Below are positions 8,330 through 18,944 of a stretch of DNA of 64,000 bases, in pieces. Within the stretch, counting starts at the first letter, position 1, and each line of letters opens with the position of its first letter. The notes under the pieces are model-generated. The model had not been told where the DNA came from, did no database searches, and was given only the letters and a program-made list of their open reading frames with translations. The translations under genes were made by a program, and so were the position numbers. This stretch comes from an uncultured SAR86 cluster bacterium (GTDB taxonomy: Bacteria > Pseudomonadota > Gammaproteobacteria > Magnimaribacterales > AG-339-G14): assembly GCA_902560275.1 (NCBI GenBank), contig CACELJ010000003.1, forward strand, positions 5,585 to 69,584, read 5' to 3'.

Positions 8330-9208
8330 ATGAAAATATCTTACGAATTTTTCCCGCCTGCAGACCTCGACTTTACTCGAGTTGCAAGCCATTTCAATGA
8401 GCTCAAAGGTTTTCAGCCTGCATTTCTTTCGGTGACCTTTGGCGCTGGGGGATCGCCCGAAGATAAAAGCCTGGGCTTAATAAAAGAATTACAGGCACAT
8501 ACCAATGTTAACGTTGCTGCGCATTTAACCCTGGTAGGGAAAAGTATTGATGAGATAGATGCGATCATCCAAAAACTAAAAATTCTTAAGGTAAAAACCA
8601 TCGTGGCCATTCGAGGAGATAGTCCCAACAATTTATTTGTTCCAACAAAAAAAGGATTTATTAATACTTCTGATTTTGTGGCCTATTTGAAAAGGAACGG
8701 TTTTGAAGTTTGTGTTTCTGCATACCCCGAACCGCATCCAGAATCAGAGGGATTTGATTTTGACTTGCAACTGCTTCAGAACAAGGTTGAAGCGGGGGCA
8801 AGCAAAGCAATCACACAGTTTTGTTTCGATTTGCCACAATTTGATCGTTTGGTTGAGTCAATTGCTCAAAAAAACATCGACGTAAAATTGATACCGGGCA
8901 TCATGCCTGTTGCAAGCATAAAGAATATCCTCAGGATGGCAGACAGATGTGGAATTGTCATACCTAAATCGGTAACAAAGCGATTCAATGGAGATTTAGA
9001 GGAAGACATCAAGGCAGCCAAAGAACTCTGTCTTGAACAAATCGAATATTTACAGAATCTTGGTTTGAACGACTTTCATTTTTATACCTTAAATCGTTCT
9101 GATCTTACTTATTCAATATTGAAGGAGATAAAAGCAAATGAAATACATGAGCACAAATCTCGGAATGCCAAGAGTTGGCAGGAAGAGAGAATTAAAATTC
9201 GCAACTGA
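8330..9208 (+). CDS. metF: Methylenetetrahydrofolate reductase
   Basis: ISYEFFPP, SVTFGAGG, AAHLT, AIRGD, AYPEPHPE, AITQF, HFYTLN. Confidence 0.93.
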   Translation: MKISYEFFPPADLDFTRVASHFNELKGFQPAFLSVTFGAGGSPEDKSLGLIKELQAHTNVNVAAHLTLVGKSIDEIDAIIQKLKILKVKTIVAIRGDSPNNLFVPTKKGFINTSDFVAYLKRNGFEVCVSAYPEPHPESEGFDFDLQLLQNKVEAGASKAITQFCFDLPQFDRLVESIAQKNIDVKLIPGIMPVASIKNILRMADRCGIVIPKSVTKRFNGDLEEDIKAAKELCLEQIEYLQNLGLNDFHFYTLNRSDLTYSILKEIKANEIHEHKSRNAKSWQEERIKIRN

Positions 9209-11405
9209 AAAATACTGGCGACAGGAAATTACTGCAAGTGAGCTGCTTAGCACAGCAACTAATGTTGTTGATGATATTTATAATCAGCAACTCAACGCTG
9301 GTATCGATCTAATTCCAGTAAATGATTTTTCTTTTTACGACAGAGTTTTGGATCTGTGTTGTTTTCTTGGTGTAACCCCAGAAAGGTTCTCTCAAAACGT
9401 GAAACCATTGTTCTTGGACGAATATTTTAGACTTGCTCGCGGTGACGGCGACATAGCAGCAATGGAAATGACCAAATGGTTTGATACCAATTATCATTAC
9501 CTTGTGCCTGAAATTGAAGCAACAACAAATCCTTCTTTTTCTGATCAACTCTTTGCTCAACAAGTACTTCCAGAATTAGATTCAAAAAAACAAAAGTTTT
9601 GTCTCATTGGACCAGTGACATTTCTTGCTCTTGCTAAAGGTGCAGATTCGGTTGATAAATATTCCATCAAAGATGAACTAACAAAAGCCTATACTGACCT
9701 TCTGAAACATATAGAGAATTTAGGCTATACGAATATTCAAATTGAAGAGCCTATCCTCGGTTCAGATTTATCCGACCAAGACAAAAGCTTTTTTTCAAGC
9801 TTTTATTCTAAGCTCTCTGGAACCCTAAATTCTGCTACCAAAACTCATTTGGTTACTTATTTTGGCAACATAGAAGACAACATTGATTTAATTTCGTCAG
9901 CCTCTTTTGAGAGCGTCCATCTAGACTTAATAACCGATGACAGTAATTTTAAAAATATAAAGAACGTTAAGTGCAAAAATATTTCTTTGGGAATTATTTC
10001 TGGAAGAAACATTTGGAAGCTTAATTGGGAGAACACTCTTGAAAGAATTAATTCTCTTCCCTTGGAAGGTTTTGAGACAATATATCTTGGTCCATCTACT
10101 TCCCTTCAACACTTACCCTACTCCATAGAGTTAGAAAAAAAGATAGATGATGAACTCTTATCTTGGCTTGCATTTGCTAAAGAAAAAATTTCAGAACTTG
10201 CTTTACTTACAATTTATTTATCCAATCAAACTTTGAGCAAGGAAATAGAAAACATAAAAGCTGCGAATGAAACTCGACAGAACTCAAACAGAGTCACAAA
10301 AGCTTCTGTAAGAGAGAGAATGTCTGACCTTTCAGAGAGAGACTTTGAGAGAAACAGTGCATTTTCAACTAGACAAAGTGCTCAAAAAGAAAAATTTAAT
10401 TTTCCAATTTTGCCCACTACGACTATAGGCTCTTTTCCTCAAACAACTGATATTAGAAAAGCTAGAGCTAGACTAACGAAAGGAGAAATTTCTCTAGAAG
10501 AGTATGAGGCTTTCATGCAAGAATCGATCGTTGAGTGTATCAAAATTCAAGAAGACTTGGATTTGGATGTCTTGGTTCATGGCGAACCTGAAAGAAATGA
10601 TATGGTCCAATATTTTGGAGAATTGCTGTCCGGTTTTGCCTTTACAAGTTTTGGTTGGGTGCAGTCATACGGAACAAGATGCGTTAAACCACCAATTATC
10701 TTTGGTGATGTTGAAAGACCAGAAGCGATGACAGTGAAATGGTCAAAATTTGCCCAAGAAAACACAAAAAAGGTTATGAAGGGAATGTTAACTGGTCCGG
10801 TTACTATTTTACAATGGTCCTTTGTTAGAGATGATCAACCAAGAAAAGACACTTGCTATCAAATTGCCCTAGCGATTAGAGATGAAGTTAAAGATCTAGA
10901 AGACGCTGGTATCCATGTCATTCAAGTTGATGAGGCAGCTTTTAGAGAAGGCCTTCCTGTGAGACGTGCTCAGTGGAACGAATACTTAAAGTGGGCTGTT
11001 GATACTTTTAGATTGACTACTGCCTGTGTCGAAGATTCAACCCAAATCCACTCGCATATGTGCTATTCAGAATTTAATGATGTGATTGAGAATATTGCTG
11101 CTATGGATGCAGATGTGATTTCAATTGAATGTTCTAGATCAAATATGGAATTGTTAAAGGCTTTTAAAGACTTTGACTATCCCAATGAAATTGGTCCAGG
11201 AGTATGGGATATCCATTCTCCAAGAGTTCCAAGCCAAGATGAAATTGAAGGCTTAATTGAAAAAGCTAAGAATTCAGTAAGGCTTGAGAATCTGTGGATT
11301 AATCCAGATTGTGGATTAAAAACTAGAGGTTGGCCAGAAGTAAGGAGCACCATAGAACATATGGTTAATGCTACAAAAAAAGCTAGAGAGCAATTGAGCA
11401 AATAA
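9138..11405 (+). CDS. metE: Cobalamin-independent methionine synthase
   Basis: EMTKWFDTNYHY, PTTTIGSFPQT, HGEPERNDMV, Zn ligands HMC and NPDCGLKTR. Confidence 0.97.
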   Translation: MKYMSTNLGMPRVGRKRELKFATEKYWRQEITASELLSTATNVVDDIYNQQLNAGIDLIPVNDFSFYDRVLDLCCFLGVTPERFSQNVKPLFLDEYFRLARGDGDIAAMEMTKWFDTNYHYLVPEIEATTNPSFSDQLFAQQVLPELDSKKQKFCLIGPVTFLALAKGADSVDKYSIKDELTKAYTDLLKHIENLGYTNIQIEEPILGSDLSDQDKSFFSSFYSKLSGTLNSATKTHLVTYFGNIEDNIDLISSASFESVHLDLITDDSNFKNIKNVKCKNISLGIISGRNIWKLNWENTLERINSLPLEGFETIYLGPSTSLQHLPYSIELEKKIDDELLSWLAFAKEKISELALLTIYLSNQTLSKEIENIKAANETRQNSNRVTKASVRERMSDLSERDFERNSAFSTRQSAQKEKFNFPILPTTTIGSFPQTTDIRKARARLTKGEISLEEYEAFMQESIVECIKIQEDLDLDVLVHGEPERNDMVQYFGELLSGFAFTSFGWVQSYGTRCVKPPIIFGDVERPEAMTVKWSKFAQENTKKVMKGMLTGPVTILQWSFVRDDQPRKDTCYQIALAIRDEVKDLEDAGIHVIQVDEAAFREGLPVRRAQWNEYLKWAVDTFRLTTACVEDSTQIHSHMCYSEFNDVIENIAAMDADVISIECSRSNMELLKAFKDFDYPNEIGPGVWDIHSPRVPSQDEIEGLIEKAKNSVRLENLWINPDCGLKTRGWPEVRSTIEHMVNATKKAREQLSK

Positions 11406-11430
11406 TAAAAAAAATCTAATATTTATTACA

Positions 11431-11802
11431 TTAGACATAAAAAACTAATTTATTTCCATCTAAGTCTCTTACGTAGGCTCCATAAAAATTCTTTGTGCGT
11501 CTTCCCGGCTCACCTTCATCAGTTGCGCCCAGTGAAATAGCCTTTGAGTATATATCATCGACTTCTTCTTCAGAATTCATAAGAAATCCAGTCATACTTC
11601 CGTTACCTGCTGTGGCATTTTCTCCATCATAAGGTATAAAAATTGCAAACATTGAGTCGTCTCCTTTTAATATCCAAAACCAACTTCTGTCGTTAGGTGA
11701 AAAAGTCAAAGTATCTAAGTTTTCAAATAAACCATCATAAAAAGTCTTTGAAGATTCTAAATTATTGGTTCCTAGTGTTTTATAGGCGGCAATTTTTTTC
11801 AA
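11431..11802 (-). CDS. VOC/glyoxalase family protein
   Basis: GATDEGEPG...FYGAYVRDLDGNKL. Confidence 0.88.
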   Translation of the reverse strand: MKKIAAYKTLGTNNLESSKTFYDGLFENLDTLTFSPNDRSWFWILKGDDSMFAIFIPYDGENATAGNGSMTGFLMNSEEEVDDIYSKAISLGATDEGEPGRRTKNFYGAYVRDLDGNKLVFYV

Positions 11803-11893
11803 TGAGGCTCTCCTTGTGAAATATCTTAAAAGTATAGGTCAATGTTTTTGTAAATTAAATTTTTTTTAGTTATATTCCATACAGGAGAATAAT

Positions 11894-14800
11894 ATGAAAA
11901 AACTAATTCTGGTAATTGTCCTTATGCCGCTTGTTCTGACATCCCAAACTTATGAAACTGATGTGGCTGAAATTTTTGCAGGGGAAAATCAGGTTGAAGA
12001 AAGTCTTAATGTTGCTAATGAGATACTTTGCGTGATTTCAAAACTAAGAGCTGAGCAATATATTGATAAAGGACCATACAAAGCTAACGTATATCCTGAT
12101 AGATGTCGAAAACAAGCTATACAAACCGGATCATCAAGACAATCTGGTCAAAGTTCTGGTGGAAACCAAAATAATCAAAATCAACAGAATCAAGTTGAGC
12201 TGCCAAGCACTATGATTGTTGATGTTGAATTCAAAGAGGCCCAGGTTGAGGGAACAACTTCAATTCCAGAACATATCGAAGTTAAGTCATGGTTTTTTCA
12301 AAAAGGGGATTATTCTGAGGCTCAAACAAATTACGATAATTTATGGGATGCCCAACCTGATATGCTCATTTATGCTCTAACAAAAGTTTATTCAGGATCT
12401 AGCGAATCTGATCCAAATGGGGATATGGAATTAAATTATTTAATTACAACCAATTGTCAAAATTCGCCTTATGCTTCTATAGAAGATGCTCAAAATGCTG
12501 CCATTCAAGCTGGCTATGACCAAATGAGTTGGGAGTATTTTCAAGAGACCGAAAAATACACTAAATGTCCTCCAGCAGGTACGATTCAAGGAAGCGGCTA
12601 TCTATCTACTATGGGTAATATCATTGCTTTTCAAGAATTAGCAGTTGGTGGCTCTTCAGGAGAGATAACGGCGGCTTCCATGGGCGCAAATAATGCTGCA
12701 GCTGCAGCTGATGGATACGGAGGTGGTGGTTCCGGTAATTCAGAGATTATTATTTCTCAAACTTCTCAAACCATTGGAGGAGAAACTGTCTTTACAAGAG
12801 ACGGTATATGGGAAGAAGAAAAATCTTACTGCATTGTTAATGAGAATGGTATCAATCAAATAAGAAGCCCTTTCGATTGTGACTTTGAAGAATTTGAAAT
12901 AACGCTTGAAGGGACCAATCAAGTGCAAACGCTCAAAGAAAAGACTCTTTGGGAAGGAAAACTTACTCAGGGATTTTCATTTGATGATACTTCGAAAAAG
13001 TTTTGTGAAAAACTTGTAGCAGCTAGAAAAAAACAAACTGACGGATCATTCATAGATGATACAAATACTATTGTGAATGCTGACTGGACTCCGTATGTGG
13101 GATTTGGTGGGGCTCCAGATTTAACTGAAAAATGTAAATCAACTGATAAAGAACAATCTAAAATAAGCGTTTGGGAATATGGTTTATATAATGAAAACGG
13201 CTCAAGATATAACCTGAAGAATCCTGGTTTCGAGCTAGAAGGCCCAGAACTAACAAGAGAAGACGGTTCATTGGGTGCTCCATACGCTTGGGCTGACTAT
13301 TGGGGAGTTTGGCTCGATTACAATTATCAAAATGTTGTCACGGATACGACTCCTTTTACTAAAGTCAACTCTGAAGATGTTTCAAATTATTTTCTTAAAC
13401 CTAAGTCAGTAAGTATCAGAAAAATTTCTGTAGAGAAAAAAAGCTTAATTGATCTAGATGGTGTTGAAGTTGAGCTATACGTAGAATGGGATATAAAGGA
13501 AACCGGCTCAGATTGTTGGTGGAATAGCTATATTATAGGTTACAACGGAACTACTCCTATTTTGGATACTAAAGACTCTAATTCAAACGGTGATGATGAT
13601 CGATGTATGAAAGAAAGATGGGCTTCTCTTGGTGTGCCAGTATCTGGAAACTATGTAGTATTTAAAGGTTTTTGGGATGCTTCTCATTCTCTAGATGGCA
13701 CAAGACCAGTCGGAGCATTTGTTTTCAATTCTGCTATTAAAACTAATGAGTATGGATGGTGGGTTGGCGAAGATGACATAACTGAATTCTCTTTTACCCC
13801 TCAAGAGTATATTGATGCAATGGATGACAATCTTGATTCCAGCGATGGCTATCAAGTTTGGAGAACTTTATGGGCATCTGGTGGTAATTATGGAGGTTAT
13901 GAAATAACTACCGCTTCTATGCAAGATCCATCATCTCTTTCAGTTGAGTTTAGAAAGGAAAGTGAAGCTTCGCTTGAGGATTTAGCTTCTATTACTTTAG
14001 GCTGTATTCAAAATTGCTATTCTTCAAGAAGCTTTAATGCTTACTTAACAGATGCAATTTCAAAAATCAATACAGCTCAAAGAAATAATGAAAATATTAC
14101 CGAGAAATCTCCATCGCCTCTTACTAGCCCAGGAATTGAGGCCTCTACATCTACAGTACCCACTGGCAATTACCTTAGAACGGATCAAGATGGCAGGACA
14201 GCAGGAGACTGGACTTCAGATGGAGTGCTTGAAACAGAGCTGATGCAATATAAATTTGTTAATGGTGCAATTCGAGACACCATAACCGATGCAGACATTG
14301 CATTTCCTGAAACCATTTATGAGTACAGCGATCCATGGAATGCTTTTCAAAACGTTTGTTACCTTGAGCCAAATGGATCTGGACAAGTTTGTGGCCTATA
14401 CGCAAATATGCGTTTATTTAATATGGCCAAACTAGATCAAATGGAATGTGATAAAACAGAAGATTCGGATGGAGACGGCACAAAAGATTCCTATGGATGG
14501 CACGATGACGAAACTATAAGAAATGCTGATAGCTCTTTAAAAAGATATTGTGTTGAAAAATTACAGGCCTCAGATGAATACTATGATTTGTATTGGGATA
14601 CTTGGAAAAGTTATCAAGTTTTTGATAGTAATGATCAACTCGTAGAAATTTCAAGGCCGCACTCCGTTACATTCAAAATTCCTAATGATGCAGCTAAATA
14701 CGGAAAATTGGCAGATAAGAAAAAAACACTTGAATACTCTGGTTTTGGCCAACTATGGGGCTTTGAATGGACCGCGTTTGATATCGCAACGTGGACGGAA

Positions 14801-15124
14801 AAAGGAGAATATTGGGACTATAGTGAAGGAGGATGGGAAAACATAAGATGGTTCCCAGAATACACCATACCTGACGGATCTGAGGTTGTTGGCGATGACG
14901 GCACTAAATATAAATCAAAAATTATTCGAGGTGAGTTTTTTCTTAAACCTGCTGATGAGGCTATAGGTACACTTGCTTATAATACATCTCCTACAGCATT
15001 AGATGAATTAAATGGAACACCCATTTCAAAAAGTGATGTTGGGTCAGTTCCAACCGATGAAGAAATGCTTAATGGTGGGAAGCCAAGTGTGGATCATGGG
15101 GTAATAATTTTTCAAGCACCTTAA
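11894..15124 (+). CDS. Large secreted hypothetical protein (1076 aa)
   Basis: RBS AGGAGA, signal peptide MKKLILVIVLMPLVLTS, 16 Cys, acidic, no family recognised. Confidence 0.85.
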   Translation: MKKLILVIVLMPLVLTSQTYETDVAEIFAGENQVEESLNVANEILCVISKLRAEQYIDKGPYKANVYPDRCRKQAIQTGSSRQSGQSSGGNQNNQNQQNQVELPSTMIVDVEFKEAQVEGTTSIPEHIEVKSWFFQKGDYSEAQTNYDNLWDAQPDMLIYALTKVYSGSSESDPNGDMELNYLITTNCQNSPYASIEDAQNAAIQAGYDQMSWEYFQETEKYTKCPPAGTIQGSGYLSTMGNIIAFQELAVGGSSGEITAASMGANNAAAAADGYGGGGSGNSEIIISQTSQTIGGETVFTRDGIWEEEKSYCIVNENGINQIRSPFDCDFEEFEITLEGTNQVQTLKEKTLWEGKLTQGFSFDDTSKKFCEKLVAARKKQTDGSFIDDTNTIVNADWTPYVGFGGAPDLTEKCKSTDKEQSKISVWEYGLYNENGSRYNLKNPGFELEGPELTREDGSLGAPYAWADYWGVWLDYNYQNVVTDTTPFTKVNSEDVSNYFLKPKSVSIRKISVEKKSLIDLDGVEVELYVEWDIKETGSDCWWNSYIIGYNGTTPILDTKDSNSNGDDDRCMKERWASLGVPVSGNYVVFKGFWDASHSLDGTRPVGAFVFNSAIKTNEYGWWVGEDDITEFSFTPQEYIDAMDDNLDSSDGYQVWRTLWASGGNYGGYEITTASMQDPSSLSVEFRKESEASLEDLASITLGCIQNCYSSRSFNAYLTDAISKINTAQRNNENITEKSPSPLTSPGIEASTSTVPTGNYLRTDQDGRTAGDWTSDGVLETELMQYKFVNGAIRDTITDADIAFPETIYEYSDPWNAFQNVCYLEPNGSGQVCGLYANMRLFNMAKLDQMECDKTEDSDGDGTKDSYGWHDDETIRNADSSLKRYCVEKLQASDEYYDLYWDTWKSYQVFDSNDQLVEISRPHSVTFKIPNDAAKYGKLADKKKTLEYSGFGQLWGFEWTAFDIATWTEKGEYWDYSEGGWENIRWFPEYTIPDGSEVVGDDGTKYKSKIIRGEFFLKPADEAIGTLAYNTSPTALDELNGTPISKSDVGSVPTDEEMLNGGKPSVDHGVIIFQAP

Positions 15125-15142
15125 TAAATTTACGGAGATAAC

Positions 15143-15409
15143 ATGGCTACTGTTTACATAACATTTGAAATTTCAAAAGATTTTGAAGATTGGAAAGAGG
15201 TTTTTGATGATGATCAAGACAATCTCAATGAGAATGGAATTGAGACTCTAGCGGTAGGTTATGAATTAGATAATCCGTCAAAAGTAAGAATTGCTTTATC
15301 TGCTGAATCTTTAGAAGCAGTTCAAGAGTTTATGCAAGGAAATAACGAGACCATTGAGGATTCAGGACACATTATTGAAACGACGGTTTTTGAAGAATTT
15401 AGCGACTGA
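15143..15409 (+). CDS. Small acidic protein, DUF3764-like
   Basis: TFEISKDFEDWKEVFD...GHIIETT pattern recalled from DUF3764; RBS GGAG. Confidence 0.65.
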   Translation: MATVYITFEISKDFEDWKEVFDDDQDNLNENGIETLAVGYELDNPSKVRIALSAESLEAVQEFMQGNNETIEDSGHIIETTVFEEFSD

Positions 15410-15416
15410 TTAGTCC

Positions 15417-16379
15417 ATGCTCCTAGAATCTCTGTTTGTTGGCCTTTTAGGTTTATTGATATTAGGCATATTTGCACCTTACTGGCTAAAGACAAAAGAT
15501 TTAAAAAAAATCAGCTCAAAAGATCTCCCTTCTGATGGCCATTGGGCACAGTTACCAAAAGGCAATATTTATTATAGATGGCACCGCCCCAAGCAAAAAA
15601 ATGGCCAAACCATTGTCATGGTCCATGGTTTTTCAACTCCAAGCTTCGTTTGGAACGGTCTGCTTGATGGACTCTTAAATAAAGGTTACTCCATCTTAGT
15701 TTATGATCATTACGGTAGAGGATTTTCTGAAAGACCGAGAACTAAATACTCTCTAGATTTTTATGTTGAAACTCTAAAGGAACTTATTTCTTATCAAAAT
15801 ATTGATGGAAAATTTCATTTAGTTGGATATTCCATGGGCGGCCCCATCATTGGTGGATTTGCAGACAAATACTCCGACCAAGTAAAAAGTTTATCTTTTA
15901 TTGCACCAGCTGGATTTGGAAAAGTCCAAACATCTATTCCTTTTTTTACGAAGATTCCTGGGTTGATTGAGTGGGCAATGCATGTATTAGCAGATAGATT
16001 TTATGGCTCTGCAATCAGTTCTGAGACCACTCATAGCAACGATCCTTTATCTATTAACGAGGAAGAATTTCAACAGCTTTTTTCTTTTCAGATGCAATTT
16101 AAGGGATTTCGTGAATCTTTGGCTTCTACGATGAGAAATTTTAATCTTTTCGATGCGCGAGAGATGTTCGAAAAGGTTGCGGCAAAAAATATTCCCTCTA
16201 TCGCTATTTGGGGCGATAACGATGGAATAGTTTCTTATAGGGGTGCAGAAACTTACTCAGAAATTTTTCAAGAAGGAAAAGTCATAACAATTGAAGACGG
16301 CACTCATGATATTACTTATCGACAACCCTCGGATGTTTTAGAAGCTATAAAAATTTTCTTAGCTTCGCAAATATCTTAA
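15417..16379 (+). CDS. Membrane-anchored alpha/beta hydrolase
   Basis: N-terminal TM, HGF oxyanion motif, GYSMG nucleophile, C-terminal His. Confidence 0.88.
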   Translation: MLLESLFVGLLGLLILGIFAPYWLKTKDLKKISSKDLPSDGHWAQLPKGNIYYRWHRPKQKNGQTIVMVHGFSTPSFVWNGLLDGLLNKGYSILVYDHYGRGFSERPRTKYSLDFYVETLKELISYQNIDGKFHLVGYSMGGPIIGGFADKYSDQVKSLSFIAPAGFGKVQTSIPFFTKIPGLIEWAMHVLADRFYGSAISSETTHSNDPLSINEEEFQQLFSFQMQFKGFRESLASTMRNFNLFDAREMFEKVAAKNIPSIAIWGDNDGIVSYRGAETYSEIFQEGKVITIEDGTHDITYRQPSDVLEAIKIFLASQIS

Positions 16380-16388
16380 TTTGGGGCC

Positions 16389-16697
16389 TTACCTAGGCAA
16401 CATGCCTTTAACTCTAATTAATTGAGTTGTTGTGGCTTCTCTTCTAAATTTTGAAATCTCTTGATATTCAGGATCGTTGTACCACTTATCAGCAGCCTCT
16501 TCATTAGGAAAGGAAAAAATAATGACTCTTCCTTTAACATCGTTATCCCCTTCCACATTTATTATATTGTCATCATAAGTAATAAATTCTCCGCCGTGTT
16601 TTTTGAGAATCGGAAAAAAACCTTTTTCATAATTCCTATAGTTATCTGCATCGTGTATTTGGAGATTGGCAATCATATATACTTTTACATCGTTCAT
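16389..16697 (-). CDS. DUF1330 family protein
   Basis: KHGGEF...VEG...FPNEEAADKWYNDPEYQ. Confidence 0.88.
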   Translation of the reverse strand: MNDVKVYMIANLQIHDADNYRNYEKGFFPILKKHGGEFITYDDNIINVEGDNDVKGRVIIFSFPNEEAADKWYNDPEYQEISKFRREATTTQLIRVKGMLPR

Positions 16698-16721
16698 TTT
16701 TTTACCTCTTTCATTGATAAT

Positions 16722-17498
16722 TTATGAATCTAAATATTCTATAAGTGTCTTGACCTTTTTGGCACCACCAAAATAGTTTATTTCATCTTTGTCCATGGCC
16801 TTCAAGCTTTTTAGCATGCCTGCTTTTGCATCTTCATAAGCATGTATTTCTTTGAGAGGAGCAAAGCTAACCCTGATGGTAAACAGAGAATAGTCATCGT
16901 GGATTTTACAAATTGTTTCCCTCTCGCTCCTTACAAACCAATTATCTGGATTGCCAGCTATTTCTGGCTCTTCTGCTAAGTGCAATCTTTTTGTGTCTGC
17001 ATGGATAAGCCAATTTTCTCTTTCAAAAGGTTGTAGCAAAGGAGCCCTTTCAATGAATCTTCTTATATTGAAACCAATTTTCTCATTAAGGCTTTTGACA
17101 GGAGCATGAACATCGAAAAGAGATTTGCCTATTTTGTCTTGGACATTCCAATAGCTTGGAGAGCATATAGATGCAGCCAACATTCTCTGCTTTCCATTTG
17201 CTTCAATCAGGCAAAGGTCGTCAGGTACTAATAACGATGTATCCGCGATAGGGTCTGGATAATCGCATTTTTGGGTAGGTATATGTTTCGCTAATATTTG
17301 TTGAGCCTGCAGAGAATCTTCTGTGCAAGCCACAACTTCGTTGTAACTGTTGTTTAAAAGATTAAATTTATGTTCGAAAATTTCTTTTGAAATGGATTTA
17401 TTAAACCAATTTTCTTCATGGATTGGATTAAGACCAAGTCTGTACTTAGTGTAACCGTCACCCCAAGGAGGAGCGAGAAATAAATTATTTCCAGCCAA
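16722..17498 (-). CDS. DUF3445 / heme-dependent oxidative N-demethylase alpha-subunit-like protein
   Basis: DDLCL, CSPSYW..DKIGK...VHAPV, RENW, RSERET, LFTIR. Confidence 0.82.
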   Translation of the reverse strand: MAGNNLFLAPPWGDGYTKYRLGLNPIHEENWFNKSISKEIFEHKFNLLNNSYNEVVACTEDSLQAQQILAKHIPTQKCDYPDPIADTSLLVPDDLCLIEANGKQRMLAASICSPSYWNVQDKIGKSLFDVHAPVKSLNEKIGFNIRRFIERAPLLQPFERENWLIHADTKRLHLAEEPEIAGNPDNWFVRSERETICKIHDDYSLFTIRVSFAPLKEIHAYEDAKAGMLKSLKAMDKDEINYFGGAKKVKTLIEYLDS

Positions 17499-18063
17499 GG
17501 GGTTTTAATTTTTCTTCGATAAACGAATTTGGTACATCCTCTAAATGCGAACCAAGCGTATCATTCCATCTATTTAGAAAGCCAAATAAGGCAATAACAG
17601 CAACCATGTCGACAATTTGTTCGTTGCTAAAATACTTTAATAAAATATCAAAGTGCTCTTGCTTTGCTTGATTTGGCGTCTTGCCTGCTGCAAAAGCTAG
17701 ATCGAGAACAGCCTTTTCTGAATCGTCGTAATGCTCACTTTCTTGATATCTTAAAATATCGTTTATTTTTTCCTCGTTGACCCCGGCTTGGTGAGCTCCG
17801 TGAGATGTATGTGCCTGACAATACTTACACCCAGAAGAGAGGCTTGAAGCCAAAGCAATGAGTTGCATTAAGCCTTGATCAATTTTTTGTGAAGCGAATA
17901 TTGTTCCTGCTAAAGCCGCAAAGCTTTGATTCAATTGTGGATTTACTGCCATGGACAGATGAGAATTGGGTAAATATCCCATGAAGCCTTCAATCACTTT
18001 GAATAAATCTTCTTGATCAGAAAAATTTTCTCTGGAATCTCCTCCTAAGAATGAGTAACTCAT
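17485..18063 (-). CDS. Carboxymuconolactone decarboxylase/AhpD-like protein
   Basis: GCKYCQAH motif; FGFLNRWND. Confidence 0.88.
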   Translation of the reverse strand: MSYSFLGGDSRENFSDQEDLFKVIEGFMGYLPNSHLSMAVNPQLNQSFAALAGTIFASQKIDQGLMQLIALASSLSSGCKYCQAHTSHGAHQAGVNEEKINDILRYQESEHYDDSEKAVLDLAFAAGKTPNQAKQEHFDILLKYFSNEQIVDMVAVIALFGFLNRWNDTLGSHLEDVPNSFIEEKLKPLGWK

Positions 18064-18095
18064 AAAACCTCCAATGATGATCTTAATAAAATATC

Positions 18096-18944
18096 TTATT
18101 CGATGTGTTCGCTCAAGAAATCTACAATAGCTTCTGCGAAAATATCGTTCTTGTCACCAACAACCATATGAGTGGCTTGCTGAATTTCAGCAAACTTGGA
18201 ATGAGGCACGGCATTAAGAAATTCCTCTTTTTCCTTATTAGTTAAAATATCGCTCAAGGCACCTTGGACAAGCAGAGTTGGAACAGAAATCCTTTTTGCA
18301 GAATTTTCTAATTGCCTAAAACGTTCTTCTCTAACTTCACCCATCCCAGTTCTATCTGTCAAAAAAAGAGGATCCCAATGCCAATAGTAGCGGCCGTCAT
18401 CTTTGAGTCGTAAATTTTTTTTGAGTCCAGATATATCTTTTGGTCTTTTTCTGTGAGGTAAATAACCTGAAACAGCGTCTGCAGCCTCTTCAACTGAAGC
18501 AAAACCTTTTGCACCAGAGCGCATGAATTCAACTATTCTGTCTGAACCCTCGTCGTTAGGACGCATTCCTATGTCTACCATGATGAGACCTGAACAGTAT
18601 TTGCTTTCTTCTTCGTGACCGGCCAAAGATAGGGAAATCATGCCGCCTAGGGAGGCGCCGACTAAATTAGCTTTTTTTCCAAGTTGCTGAATAATCCTTA
18701 CAAGATCATCTCTATGGGCATCAAAAGTATAATCGCCATCATGGTCCCAAAAACTTTCGCCGTGACCTCTCAAATCATGTGCGATTACGTGAAAACCCAA
18801 ATTAGCAATTTTTGCCGCAACGCCTTTCCAAGAATGCCTTGTTTGCCCTCCTCCGTGCAGCATGATTACAAGCGGATTATCGTTATCTCCCCATTCAGAG
18901 GCTAAAATTTCTCTATCTTCAGAAACCTTAAATACTCTATTCAT
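18096..18944 (-). CDS. Alpha/beta hydrolase
   Basis: HGGGQT, DLRGHG, GASLG, HMVVGD. Confidence 0.9.
   Translation of the reverse strand: MNRVFKVSEDREILASEWGDNDNPLVIMLHGGGQTRHSWKGVAAKIANLGFHVIAHDLRGHGESFWDHDGDYTFDAHRDDLVRIIQQLGKKANLVGASLGGMISLSLAGHEEESKYCSGLIMVDIGMRPNDEGSDRIVEFMRSGAKGFASVEEAADAVSGYLPHRKRPKDISGLKKNLRLKDDGRYYWHWDPLFLTDRTGMGEVREERFRQLENSAKRISVPTLLVQGALSDILTNKEKEEFLNAVPHSKFAEIQQATHMVVGDKNDIFAEAIVDFLSEHIE

Noticed and set aside
18783-18797. parS-like ACGTGAAA
   Set aside because: Poor match to TGTTTCACGTGAAACA and inside a CDS; no convincing parS seen in the window
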